Source: a virus (Duplodnaviria; Heunggongvirae; Uroviricota; Caudoviricetes). From it: a DNA stretch of 64,000 nt. The position numbers and the translations under genes were made by a program. The stretch lies in IMG/VR virus record IMGVR_UViG_3300034157_000066; one strand, 5' to 3'. Below the pieces are notes generated by a model. It had not been told where the DNA came from, made no database searches, and saw only the letters and a program-made list of their open reading frames with translations. Of this stretch, positions 44,997 through 53,795 are shown piece by piece (position 1 is the stretch's first letter; each line of letters begins with the position of its first letter).

Positions 44997-45653
44997 ATGG
45001 TGAACTTGATGAATCTGACTTATGAAGAACTTCAAACTTTGACCACTGCCTACAAATCAGCGAAAGAAGAATTGGGTAAAAAATTGGTGAGCTTGCCTGC
45101 AAGCACAAAAGTCTATAACCCAGCTACTCAGACAGAATCGAGCCTCTTTGACATTCTTCGTGCTATGAATGACGATGTTATGCCAGAAGAAGTAAAACCC
45201 GCTCATGAAGCCGCTCTACAAGCTTTGTTGACCTTTCAAAACCTCATGAATGAAAAGATTTATGAAGCCAAGGCCAACAACTACACGGTAAGCATGGCTA
45301 TTCGAAACTTGCATTCGGAATACCTTAAAGCTACTGCTATTCCAGAACGTTTGCTTTCAGCCGTCTTGTTGGTTAACAAGAAAAATATTGCAGAAGCCGA
45401 CCACTCTATTCTGGTGGATATTTATAAATCCTTGGGACTGACGCATTACTCCACCCATACTGCCCGTGACATCGTATATTACAATCCAGCCCAGCTTGAT
45501 TTGGACGGTTTGAAAAATATGGTTGTCATGAATTCACCTTCACTGTTTCAACACAATTACCCCAACTTTTGGGATAACATGACGGGTGAATACGTTGATG
45601 CGGACCCTTTGACGGCTTGTATGTTGATGGTTTTTAATGCACGAAAAGCTTAA
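44997..45653 (+). CDS. hypothetical protein (~215 aa); 4-gene family member
   Basis: ...LLVNKKNIAEADHSILVDIYKSLGLTHYSTHTARDIVYYNP... parallels 45778 product; start (44997 vs 45013) uncertain. Confidence 0.55.
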   Translation: MVNLMNLTYEELQTLTTAYKSAKEELGKKLVSLPASTKVYNPATQTESSLFDILRAMNDDVMPEEVKPAHEAALQALLTFQNLMNEKIYEAKANNYTVSMAIRNLHSEYLKATAIPERLLSAVLLVNKKNIAEADHSILVDIYKSLGLTHYSTHTARDIVYYNPAQLDLDGLKNMVVMNSPSLFQHNYPNFWDNMTGEYVDADPLTACMLMVFNARKA

Positions 45654-45777
45654 CGTCCACAATATAGGCATTCCAGCATTGGAGTGCCTTTTTCTTTTTT
45701 ATAATGTTGTTTTTGTAGTGGTTCAATGCTATAATAGCTCATTAGTTTAATCATCAAACCTACTTAGGGTGACAAAA

Positions 45778-46425
45778 ATGACATTGACTGTTGAAGACGT
45801 AAAAAAACTGACGGCTGATTTTCAAGCAGCAAAGCAAGAACTGCAAGCAAAAATTCAACGTGCCCCTGACTCTCCTGATATTTGGGATGAAGATCATGAA
45901 GAAAGTTCCTCATTGGCTGATCTGGTTCGTGGTTTGAATACAAGTTCCATGCCGCCTGCTGCATTGGCAATGCAAGAACAGCTTATTGCTGACCTTGAAG
46001 TTTTCGGTAACGCTATCAATAGCAAAATTTCCGAAGTTTCAATTCATAACACCCGTATTCAGCTTGAAATTGAAAAGCTGACCAAAGACTTCTTGGCCGC
46101 TATTCGCGTTCCTGAGAGCGATTTGGGAGCCGCATTGCTCATCAACAAGAAAATCATCGACCCTCTTGATTATGAGGCTCTGGTGTCGGTGTATCGTGAG
46201 CTGGGCTTTACCAACTTTGAAATCAAAGCTCAAAAAGACATTGTGTATTACAACCCAGACATTAAGCATTTCAACACCTTGAAGGACGAAATCTTCGAGG
46301 CTTTCCCGAAAGACTTTCGTAAAAAATATCCAACATTCTTGAACTTTATTCAAAACAGTATTGTCCGCACCAATCCTGTTTATGGGCATGGACTCATTCA
46401 AGTAATGGAAGCACGCCAAGTATAA
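45778..46425 (+). CDS. hypothetical protein (215 aa); 4-gene family member, tandem to 44997
   Basis: Promoter aatgttgtttttgtag...tgcTATAAT, RBS tAGGGTGAcaaaaATG; ...LLINKKIIDPLDYEALVSVYRELGFTNFEIKAQKDIVYYNP... Confidence 0.65.
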   Translation: MTLTVEDVKKLTADFQAAKQELQAKIQRAPDSPDIWDEDHEESSSLADLVRGLNTSSMPPAALAMQEQLIADLEVFGNAINSKISEVSIHNTRIQLEIEKLTKDFLAAIRVPESDLGAALLINKKIIDPLDYEALVSVYRELGFTNFEIKAQKDIVYYNPDIKHFNTLKDEIFEAFPKDFRKKYPTFLNFIQNSIVRTNPVYGHGLIQVMEARQV

Positions 46426-46561
46426 AAAAACCCAGTTGACGAAAGGGCAGTCCAGCGATGGAGTGCCTTTTTTGTTTATACAGCATTTAAAAATCAGCTT
46501 CTATTCTTTATTTACAGGCACAAAAAAACCGGAGTCACCCGGCTTTTCATTTCTGATGTAT

Positions 46562-46819
46562 TTAGCTTTTTACTTCGAAAAATGGTTCACGTTCGACCAG
46601 ATCAGTCATTTGGCGTTTCAGTGTTTTGCCATAATGCTTCCATGCTTCTAGTCCGCGATTAGCTATACGGTAAGCGTTATACGTGTTAACACCATACCAT
46701 TCACCGTTTTCATACCGATACCAGCTTTCACAATATTGAAAGTCTGCACTTTCAGGAGCGTAGTGTGTGGTACCAGAAGGAGCTTCATGCCAAGGAATTT
46801 CTTTTATGGGTGCGTTCAT
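46562..46819 (-). CDS. hypothetical Trp/Tyr-rich protein (85 aa) on minus strand
   Basis: Own minus-strand promoter (tatTATAAT ~46845) and terminator (ccgggtgactccggttttttt, 46520-46555 minus sense). Confidence 0.55.
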   Translation of the reverse strand: MNAPIKEIPWHEAPSGTTHYAPESADFQYCESWYRYENGEWYGVNTYNAYRIANRGLEAWKHYGKTLKRQMTDLVEREPFFEVKS

Positions 46820-46962
46820 TGTTAAGATTCCATTATGTAGTTTTGGATATCTATTATAATACTATTGATACAAAATAACAAGCCTTCATAACCTTGACAA
46901 AATCTTGATTTTGAACATTTTCAATGGTATAATTACGCCATATCTTACAGAGAGCAATCATC

Positions 46963-47394
46963 ATGTCGAACCCAACCATTTCAATGTCCAAAGTTGAAGA
47001 TGATATTTCTAAAATTGTCGCATCAATCCGTGAACGCATCAATGTTCCGGGTTACGCTTACCCAGCGATCACTGAAAAGCTCAATCTCAAAGCTTACTCT
47101 GCTGATTTGGCGTTTCTTTCTGAAATCTTGAAACATTCAGAAGTTTATTTTAACCGCGATTCTGAACTGTTTTACATGGCAGTTGCTCGCCCAAGTTGGG
47201 AAAAAGCCCCTGCATGGGCCAACTTCTTGACGGGTAGTAAAGATGGGTTTTGGTGCTGGCATGAGAAAAAACCGACGTTTCAGGCGTTTGATATGTTCAA
47301 CCCTGTTGCTCGTATGAAGTCAATTGATACTGGATTGAGCAATCCAATGTGGGGACGTGAAATTTTCGAACGACCTGCAAAGGTTGACGCATGA
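46963..47394 (+). CDS. hypothetical protein (143 aa)
   Basis: Promoter tggTATAAT ~46926-46934; stop overlaps next start (ATGA). Confidence 0.6.
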   Translation: MSNPTISMSKVEDDISKIVASIRERINVPGYAYPAITEKLNLKAYSADLAFLSEILKHSEVYFNRDSELFYMAVARPSWEKAPAWANFLTGSKDGFWCWHEKKPTFQAFDMFNPVARMKSIDTGLSNPMWGREIFERPAKVDA

Positions 47395-47816
47395 CTGCTT
47401 TGAATGTAGGTGATATTTTCGAGTATCACCAATTTAGCGATTCTTATATTGCGTTTGTCGCTAAGGATGAACGCATTGTTCTTTTTAAACCGGCTACAAC
47501 TTATAGCAAGTATTACTTGAAGTATTGTGCAGCATTAACAGAAGCTAGCCATGCCGAAGTTATTAAAGATCCTAAGTTTAAAAAATGTCACTTGGACAAT
47601 ATGCCGGATGATTTTAAAGCCTGCTATGCACAAGAGTTCTCGACATTGAAAAAAGGATCGAAAGTTGACTTCAATTATCGTGGAACCATTATTTCTGGTG
47701 TTGTTGTTCAGCGTCATACATTAGTGATGGCGAAATTTTCTCTTAATTCAACCATCATTCATATCACGGCAGAACCTTATCTTTTCACTCAGAAAACTGA
47801 TTTATGTGTAGCATGA
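47391..47816 (+). CDS. hypothetical protein (141 aa), translationally coupled to 46963..47394
   Basis: ATGA start/stop overlap. Confidence 0.55.
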   Translation: MTALNVGDIFEYHQFSDSYIAFVAKDERIVLFKPATTYSKYYLKYCAALTEASHAEVIKDPKFKKCHLDNMPDDFKACYAQEFSTLKKGSKVDFNYRGTIISGVVVQRHTLVMAKFSLNSTIIHITAEPYLFTQKTDLCVA

Positions 47817-47871
47817 AACTTCGGTTTCTGTTACAATAGATTTAACATCAATAGAACAAGGCAACGCCATC

Positions 47872-48366
47872 ATGAAATCATTCAAAAAAGACGAAAAAAT
47901 TCCCGGTTGTGGTTATTTCTTTGTGCGTGAACGTGGTGTTGATGGTATTCATGCTTTCGAAAAGCACCGTCGCCTTCGTGTCTTTTTTCATAAAGGTTTA
48001 TCTTGTGTAACGCCTAATTGCCAGAATGTGGGTAATCGGTTGATTTTTTCCCGTGATAGCCAAGGTGGTGGACATTGGGACTTGTTTACTGACGATATGG
48101 TTTTGATGACTATTGACCATATTACTGCCAAGAAAAATGGCGGTAGCAATGAACTTGAAAACCTTCAGCCTATGTGCTGCCACTGTAACACTACGAAAGG
48201 CCATCAGGTTATCACGTTGGATGAACTGGCTGTCCAAATGCTCGATTTTGAGGCAAGGATGGAAGCTAAAAAGCAAAAAAAACGTGAACGTCGAGATCCT
48301 GTTGTCATTGCAAGAAAAAGAGAAGAACGGAAGAAAAAACGCGAAATGGTTGCCGAAGCAGCTTAA
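47872..48366 (+). CDS. HNH endonuclease (164 aa), likely free-standing homing-type
   Basis: Canonical HNH core DHITAKKNGGSNELENLQPMCCHCNTTKGH plus upstream Cys pair; Lys/Arg/Glu-rich C-tail; terminator aaagccgccttcttggcggtttttt. Confidence 0.8.
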   Translation: MKSFKKDEKIPGCGYFFVRERGVDGIHAFEKHRRLRVFFHKGLSCVTPNCQNVGNRLIFSRDSQGGGHWDLFTDDMVLMTIDHITAKKNGGSNELENLQPMCCHCNTTKGHQVITLDELAVQMLDFEARMEAKKQKKRERRDPVVIARKREERKKKREMVAEAA

Positions 48367-48455
48367 AAAAACACTATTAAAAGCCGCCTTCTTGGCGGTT
48401 TTTTGTTTCATTAAACTTAATTTTGTGCTATAATTACGCCAAATTAGGAGGATTT

Positions 48456-49262
48456 ATGGCTATCAGCAATCCCATTACCGCAACGAAAAAATACTTTTCA
48501 GACAAGATTGATAGTTTCTATATCAATGCTCTCTGTCCTGTCAATAATCGTTTGGCTTGGTTTATGCGGGATATGATGAGAGCCACACCTGACCGAAAAA
48601 CGTGGAATCGTTTCTTTGTCGATAGCGATTATGATTTACTTCGTCATGCTGGTGAGGATATTGGCATTCTGGCCGAAGATTACAATGCTGTAATGGTGTT
48701 TAACGAAAACTATGTTAAATCCCTTAAAATCAGTTATCCTGAGCAATTCTTGGATTTGAGCAATCAAGTGCTGCAAGTCGCTTATATGGCTGCTTATTTC
48801 TATCCCGCCAGTAAAAATGAAGCCGTTATGATGCATAATTCAATCGGCCTTATTCAAAGTAAAAAAGGCACTTTGCAACACGATTACGAATTTCAACATA
48901 ATAGTAACTATAAAAATAATAATTTTGAACAACGCACCCAAATTTTAAAACGAAAAGGCCATGATGATATTTTCATTTGCCGTTTTGAAGTCGGTTCGAT
49001 TTACGAACATGAAAAAGTCAGTGTGTTTGTGGGTTATGATAATGAAAACTTGTATTATAATTATCACCCAAGTGAGTCTGGCTCTGTTTTTACAATAACG
49101 CCTATGAAAACTGATGAATTGATGACTAAATTTAAAGTTGTCAGTCGGGATGAACTTTTTAAAAATCTGACTGTCGATTTGATTGGTTTTATGACTGGCG
49201 TGAAACCTGCGACCATTCCAACTCAGCGTGATAAGCTTCTTTTAGACATGATTGAAATATAA
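48456..49262 (+). CDS. hypothetical protein (268 aa)
   Basis: Promoter gtgcTATAAT ~48424-48433, RBS ttAGGAGGatttATG. Confidence 0.65.
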   Translation: MAISNPITATKKYFSDKIDSFYINALCPVNNRLAWFMRDMMRATPDRKTWNRFFVDSDYDLLRHAGEDIGILAEDYNAVMVFNENYVKSLKISYPEQFLDLSNQVLQVAYMAAYFYPASKNEAVMMHNSIGLIQSKKGTLQHDYEFQHNSNYKNNNFEQRTQILKRKGHDDIFICRFEVGSIYEHEKVSVFVGYDNENLYYNYHPSESGSVFTITPMKTDELMTKFKVVSRDELFKNLTVDLIGFMTGVKPATIPTQRDKLLLDMIEI

Positions 49263-49332
49263 ATCATAGAAAATTATTGCCAAAACATGGTTTTTTGGTG
49301 TATAATAGCTTATCAATCAGGAGTTATATCGT

Positions 49333-49536
49333 ATGACCAACAAAACAGTTAAACGCGAAGGTATTGTCCATATCACCCCAGATGGCAAAATTGCTCCTGT
49401 TAAGTTTTCTGTTTCCAGTGATCTTCATTTTGATTTTCCGCGTGGTGGTTTTGGTGGGCATGTTGATGATGAACCCTTTGTGATTCCCGTTCAACGAGAA
49501 TTTAAAGAAGAACGAAGAGTCTTCCTTCCCCAGTAA
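49333..49536 (+). CDS. hypothetical protein (67 aa)
   Basis: Promoter gtgTATAAT ~49297-49305, RBS cAGGAGttatatcgtATG. Confidence 0.55.
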   Translation: MTNKTVKREGIVHITPDGKIAPVKFSVSSDLHFDFPRGGFGGHVDDEPFVIPVQREFKEERRVFLPQ

Positions 49537-49594
49537 AATTCAGTTATAATACCGCTATTCGCAAGACATTAAATGACCAAGGAGTTCCACCTTT

Positions 49595-50197
49595 ATGACC
49601 ATTCCAGTATTCAATATCAAAGAAATCATTTCTCATGTTAAGCGTTCCTTTATGCAAGTGGAACAGGTGAAAGGCTCCTATGAGAGTATTTTTGGCGGCA
49701 CCAAAGAAATCGATCATTATGTGCTCACTAAACCGTCAGCCATCTGCCTGACCCTGTATGACAAGGCGACTGATGAATTCGTTTTCGTGAAGCAATTCCG
49801 CATGGGTGCCTTCAAACATCCTGACGAAACTGATGCTTGGGTTATCGAGCCTGTGGCCGGTCATATCGACCCGAAAGAAGACCCCCTGCTGGCCGCTCAG
49901 CGTGAAGGTGAAGAAGAAACCAATATGCTGATCAAGTTGGAAGACATTCGTTACCTGTGCAAAGGCTACACCAGTGCTGGTATTTCCAACGAAATGCACC
50001 ACACCTACTTTGCCTATGTGGACTCTTCGAGCTTCGACCTGAACCGTTCGCATGGTATTGATGATGAAGACATTCAAATCATCAAAATCAGTCGTGAAGA
50101 TACCATGAAGATGATTGAAAGTGGCGAAATTCGCACTTGCAGTGCTATCATCGGTGTTTCACTGGCAATTGCAAAAGGTTTGGTGCCAGCACAATAA
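49595..50197 (+). CDS. Nudix hydrolase (ADP-ribose/nucleoside diphosphate pyrophosphatase-like), 200 aa
   Basis: Nudix box GHIDPKEDPLLAAQREGEEETNM (Gx5Ex7REUxEExGU pattern); FVKQFRMGAF resembles NudF/NudE substrate-binding stretch; RBS ccAAGGAGttccacctttATG. Confidence 0.75.
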   Translation: MTIPVFNIKEIISHVKRSFMQVEQVKGSYESIFGGTKEIDHYVLTKPSAICLTLYDKATDEFVFVKQFRMGAFKHPDETDAWVIEPVAGHIDPKEDPLLAAQREGEEETNMLIKLEDIRYLCKGYTSAGISNEMHHTYFAYVDSSSFDLNRSHGIDDEDIQIIKISREDTMKMIESGEIRTCSAIIGVSLAIAKGLVPAQ

Positions 50198-50262
50198 AAG
50201 CTTTCAATATCAAGGTCTTTGTTGTATAATGAAGACCTTCCCACCTTGTAGGAGTTTACACC

Positions 50263-50487
50263 ATGAGCCAGCCTGTTCACGCTAACGTTCCTGACAAAAT
50301 GAGCATCCCACAAATCCTGCGTATGCATCAAGCCGGTGGTGTTTTGCACAGTGAACCTGCTTTTCCAACCAAAGACCTGTTGGTGGATACGCCAGAAGCT
50401 CAACTTCTTGCCAGCTTGTGGGACGACTTCAATAAAGCTAAAAAAGCTCTTGAAGCAAAAATTGCAGAGCTTTCTGCCACCGTTTAA
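50263..50487 (+). CDS. hypothetical protein (74 aa)
   Basis: Promoter ttgTATAAT ~50222-50230, RBS tAGGAGtttacaccATG; terminator ggcctatcgcttgataggctttttttt. Confidence 0.65.
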   Translation: MSQPVHANVPDKMSIPQILRMHQAGGVLHSEPAFPTKDLLVDTPEAQLLASLWDDFNKAKKALEAKIAELSATV

Positions 50488-50587
50488 AACTAACATTTTT
50501 TCATGGCCTATCGCTTGATAGGCTTTTTTTTGTTTTTAATTCGTGTTATAATGATTGCCTAATTTGATAAACCATTTGGAGTTTGAT

Positions 50588-51031
50588 ATGAGTAAGATTC
50601 TTGTTGTAGGTGCTGACGCCGATATCGTTGAACTGCTGAAAGCAAAACTTCCAGAACACGAATTCGTTACCGAAAATTCTGGGTCGATGGCTATGCTTAT
50701 GGTTAATCTCAATGATAAAAAGATTTCAGTTACTGAGGTTGAGCATGTTCTTGTTCACGAAATCCATGAAGCTCACGAACGCATCAAACAAGAAACAGCC
50801 CGTGTTAACAAAATCCTTATTGTTGATGATGGTGTTGTAAACTTTGCTCCACTCATGTTGAGTCTTTGTGAACAACCTATGAATTCGGGAGATGTTGAGC
50901 GAATTCTGATTCATGAAATGCACGAGGCTTTTAACATGCCAATTATCGCTCATGTCAACGATCTATCAGCTCGTTATTACCATGCTTACACCAAACCTTA
51001 TGGAAAGCATCACCGTAACAAACCTTTTTGA
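50588..51031 (+). CDS. hypothetical protein with internal duplication (147 aa)
   Basis: RBS tttGGAGtttgatATG; repeats VEHVLVHEIHEAHERI / VERILIHEMHEAFNMPI; track ORF 50555 trimmed. Confidence 0.6.
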   Translation: MSKILVVGADADIVELLKAKLPEHEFVTENSGSMAMLMVNLNDKKISVTEVEHVLVHEIHEAHERIKQETARVNKILIVDDGVVNFAPLMLSLCEQPMNSGDVERILIHEMHEAFNMPIIAHVNDLSARYYHAYTKPYGKHHRNKPF

Positions 51032-51085
51032 CTTTCAATCAGGTAGCTGTTATACTGCACACCACACAAATACAGGGGACATCCT

Positions 51086-51370
51086 ATGATTATTACGATG
51101 GCAGGCGATGTGAAACATGCAATCAAAGTTACTCGCTTGCATGATTGCTGGGGTGTCCGTTGCTTTACGAATGGCACGTTGAACCAAGAAATTCGTGTCC
51201 ACTGTAAAGAAGACATCGGCGTGGCTGCAGCAGAAATGCTTCGTTTTGAAGACAAGTGCGGTAATATTTCTGAACATGCGGCCTGTGCTCGGGAACGCTT
51301 TTTTAAAGCCGATGGTGCCAACTATCGCACTTACAAGAAGCCTCATCGAGAAATCACGATTACAAAATAA
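51086..51370 (+). CDS. hypothetical Cys-rich protein (94 aa)
   Basis: RBS acAGGGGAcatcctATG; terminator 51388-51410. Confidence 0.6.
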   Translation: MIITMAGDVKHAIKVTRLHDCWGVRCFTNGTLNQEIRVHCKEDIGVAAAEMLRFEDKCGNISEHAACARERFFKADGANYRTYKKPHREITITK

Positions 51371-51387
51371 TAAAACATCTATCAAAA

Positions 51388-51410
51388 GACCCGCTTCGGC
51401 GGGTTTTTTG
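51388..51410 (+). terminator. rho-independent terminator (CUUCGG hairpin)
   Basis: gacccgcttcggcgggttttttg. Confidence 0.75.
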
Positions 51411-51475
51411 TTGTCTATTATTTGACTTATTATGCTTTTGTGCGAGGATATATGAAATTTATTTAGGAGTTTTAT

Positions 51476-52246
51476 ATGTCTGAGCATAAACCTGACCTTA
51501 CGGGGCAAGAAAATGTTGAATCTACACTTGTTCAAAAATTAATTGCAGTGCTAGTGTCCATTGTTTTAGTGCCATTGGCACTCTATTATATAACACTGAC
51601 TGTAATGAACATGATTAATCATAAAATAGCCATTAGTGCTGGTTACACGTATGCTGATTTGTTTCAACCGGGGGATTATTCATTCAACATGATAGCATTA
51701 ATGTTTTTCTTTACTTATTTTACGTTCGTAGTCGCAACTGTTTTATCTTGGATTAAACGTGATAATTTAAAAAAATCAATAATCATGACTATTCTTTCCT
51801 TGATACCTGCACTTTTCTTTGTTTATAATTATCAGAATACAGATGAATACATGTATCAACCTATTAGTGAACTTTATGAAAAATTAGTGTTGGCTAATCC
51901 AACTTTTGCAAAATCAGATATTGGATTACAGTTTTCAAAGGCTTTAACTACTCATGATTATGCATCATTGAAGAAGATCACTAATAATATGGATTCTTTA
52001 AAACCTATGGACTTTAAATTTAACAAAATATCAGAAGTTGTTCATTTACTCCCATTAAATAAATCAGTTGATTCTTTTAATAATATGACAAAAAATACAA
52101 ATGCTTTTATTTCTGTTGCTGATTATAAGAACTTCTATAATGATCTGTTAGTTGAATTTAAAGCCAGTGATATTGCAAGTAAAAAAGAGTTTATTTACTT
52201 GATTGATTCGATTAATCCTGATAGGTTTTATTTTACATTACCATAA
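51476..52246 (+). CDS. polytopic membrane protein (256 aa), very AT-rich
   Basis: RBS ttAGGAGttttatATG; several hydrophobic helices; terminator aaaggccacatatgtggcttttttt ~52250. Confidence 0.6.
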   Translation: MSEHKPDLTGQENVESTLVQKLIAVLVSIVLVPLALYYITLTVMNMINHKIAISAGYTYADLFQPGDYSFNMIALMFFFTYFTFVVATVLSWIKRDNLKKSIIMTILSLIPALFFVYNYQNTDEYMYQPISELYEKLVLANPTFAKSDIGLQFSKALTTHDYASLKKITNNMDSLKPMDFKFNKISEVVHLLPLNKSVDSFNNMTKNTNAFISVADYKNFYNDLLVEFKASDIASKKEFIYLIDSINPDRFYFTLP

Positions 52247-52419
52247 GACAAAAGGCCACATATGTGGCTTTTTTTATGCTTATTAGTTTTTTATAGACGA
52301 AAAAAAAGAGGCATTCAGCCTCTCCCAAAAAGAAGATAGGACTCCTTTTGTGCGGTAAGTGTTCCCTCGTAGCTTACCAGACTACGAAGATCTACCATGT
52401 CGGCAGAGGCTCTGAAAAA

Positions 52420-52629
52420 CTACTTAGCTACTCGGGCGTGCTTCAAAAAGAGCCATTTTGGTTCTTCTTTTACATTGCCCACATGATCAGCAAATACAGC
52501 TTTCCCATCTTTAACCCATATGAAGGTCAGGTTTACAAAAAATCCAAAACGAGCAATCGGATGGCCGATGTTAAAATTGTCTAACATTTCTTCAGTTATC
52601 GAATGTTCGTTTACTTTATTCTTTGCCAT
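52420..52629 (-). CDS. hypothetical protein (69 aa) on minus strand
   Basis: Minus-strand RBS AAGAGGtttttatcATG and promoter taggTATAAT; terminator (minus sense) gaggctgaatgcctcttttttttc at ~52290-52330; track ORF 52686 trimmed. Confidence 0.5.
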   Translation of the reverse strand: MAKNKVNEHSITEEMLDNFNIGHPIARFGFFVNLTFIWVKDGKAVFADHVGNVKEEPKWLFLKHARVAK

Positions 52630-52696
52630 GATAAAAACCTCTTTGGTTTGTGAGGCTATTATACCTAACACTTGAAGCAAAAACAAGATTTTTCTA

Positions 52697-52858
52697 TTAC
52701 TTTTGAAGCTTTTTAGAATCTATCTGGGTGATCGCTTCGCTTTTTATATCACTTGTTTTTGAGCTGTCTTCAGCCATAACACCAGTGCCAAACAATCCCA
52801 TAAACACGCTTAAAACCAATCCAGTCATTTCTTTTTTCACGTTTTCTTTCTTCATCAT
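52697..52858 (-). CDS. small membrane protein (53 aa) on minus strand, not in ORF track
   Basis: MMKKENVKKEMTGLVLSVFMGLFGTGVMAEDSSK...; RBS aaaAGGtaatATG; upstream TATACT promoter-like box. Confidence 0.35.
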   Translation of the reverse strand: MMKKENVKKEMTGLVLSVFMGLFGTGVMAEDSSKTSDIKSEAITQIDSKKLQK

Positions 52859-53007
52859 ATTACCTTTTATATTGTTAGCTTGCTATCTAATTTATAAGTA
52901 TACTCCTGTTATTTTTGATTGCAAGTGATTGATTTGTGAATGTTTTCGTTGAAAAATTGAGAAAAAAGTGCTATAATTGACACTTCAAACAACGGAGAAT
53001 CATCATT

Positions 53008-53199
53008 ATGCCACTCGCCCCGAACCCTAATCCAGTTGAAGAAGTATTTGGTATCTGCCCCGGCTGTAACACTCAGATCGAGGCTCATGAAGTGATTCAT
53101 TGCATTTGCCGTTGTGGTGACCAAGATGCGGATGTTTATGATCGCATGGCCGAAGAGATGGATGCAAAAGAAGCTCTCGACAAACAAAAACCCGAATAA
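53008..53199 (+). CDS. small zinc-ribbon-like protein (63 aa)
   Basis: Promoter gtgcTATAAT ~52970, RBS acGGAGaatcatcattATG; CPGC...CICRC. Confidence 0.6.
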   Translation: MPLAPNPNPVEEVFGICPGCNTQIEAHEVIHCICRCGDQDADVYDRMAEEMDAKEALDKQKPE

Positions 53200-53330
53200 T
53201 AGGAAATTGATATAGCAAGGAATTGAAAGAGCTTGACGTTTTTTCAGTTCTTTGCTAATATCACTCCCGTTAACGTTCTGTAGTCGAATACCTCAAGCTT
53301 TCGTTTAGATTGTCAACTGAGGATACTATT

Positions 53331-53597
53331 ATGACCAAAACAGAACTGATTCACCTGCTGCAAACTGATGTTGATGTACGTTCGGCTGTTACCGAACTGT
53401 TGAAAGAATCCATTGTTGATATGATGGAGGCTGATGTTGAGTTAAGGGCGGCTGTTGTGTCCATTGTCAAAGAAGATGTGTCGTTTGAGCTTAGTTGCTC
53501 GGATTACTATGATTACGATTACTCTGGTTATCGAATCGCACTTTCTCTTGATGGTTCAGAAGTGTCATCAGACTCTTTCACTGTAAAAAGTTCGTAA
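53331..53597 (+). CDS. hypothetical acidic protein (88 aa)
   Basis: RBS ctGAGGATACtattATG; terminator aagccccagcgatggggcttttttg. Confidence 0.6.
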   Translation: MTKTELIHLLQTDVDVRSAVTELLKESIVDMMEADVELRAAVVSIVKEDVSFELSCSDYYDYDYSGYRIALSLDGSEVSSDSFTVKSS

Positions 53598-53711
53598 TAT
53601 TAAGCCCCAGCGATGGGGCTTTTTTGTTTCTAAATTTTATTTTTTTATAGAATTGGTTTTTGATAGAAAAAGCTTGTTTTTGATTTCTGCTTTTGATATA
53701 CTAACCACGTT

Positions 53712-53753
53712 GAAGCAGCAAGAGGCGAGCAAACCAGTAAGTCTTTCCCCTTG
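53712..53753 (+). promoter_or_regulatory. conserved structured 5'-leader motif (copy B) upstream of small basic protein gene
   Basis: gaagcagcaagaggcgagcaaaccagtaagtctttccccttg; ~85% identical to 24338-24379; follows promoter ttgaTATACT. Confidence 0.5.
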
Positions 53754-53795
53754 TTAATGCTTACTCATCATAATCAGTTAAAAAGGATACAAAAC

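Noticed and set aside
52728-52928. Plus-strand 66-aa ORF overlapping the proposed minus-strand 53-aa gene
   Set aside because: Starts with GTG and has no convincing SD; the minus-strand alternative has an ATG, an A/G-rich SD, a -10 box and matches the orientation of the adjacent minus-strand gene. Both remain low confidence.
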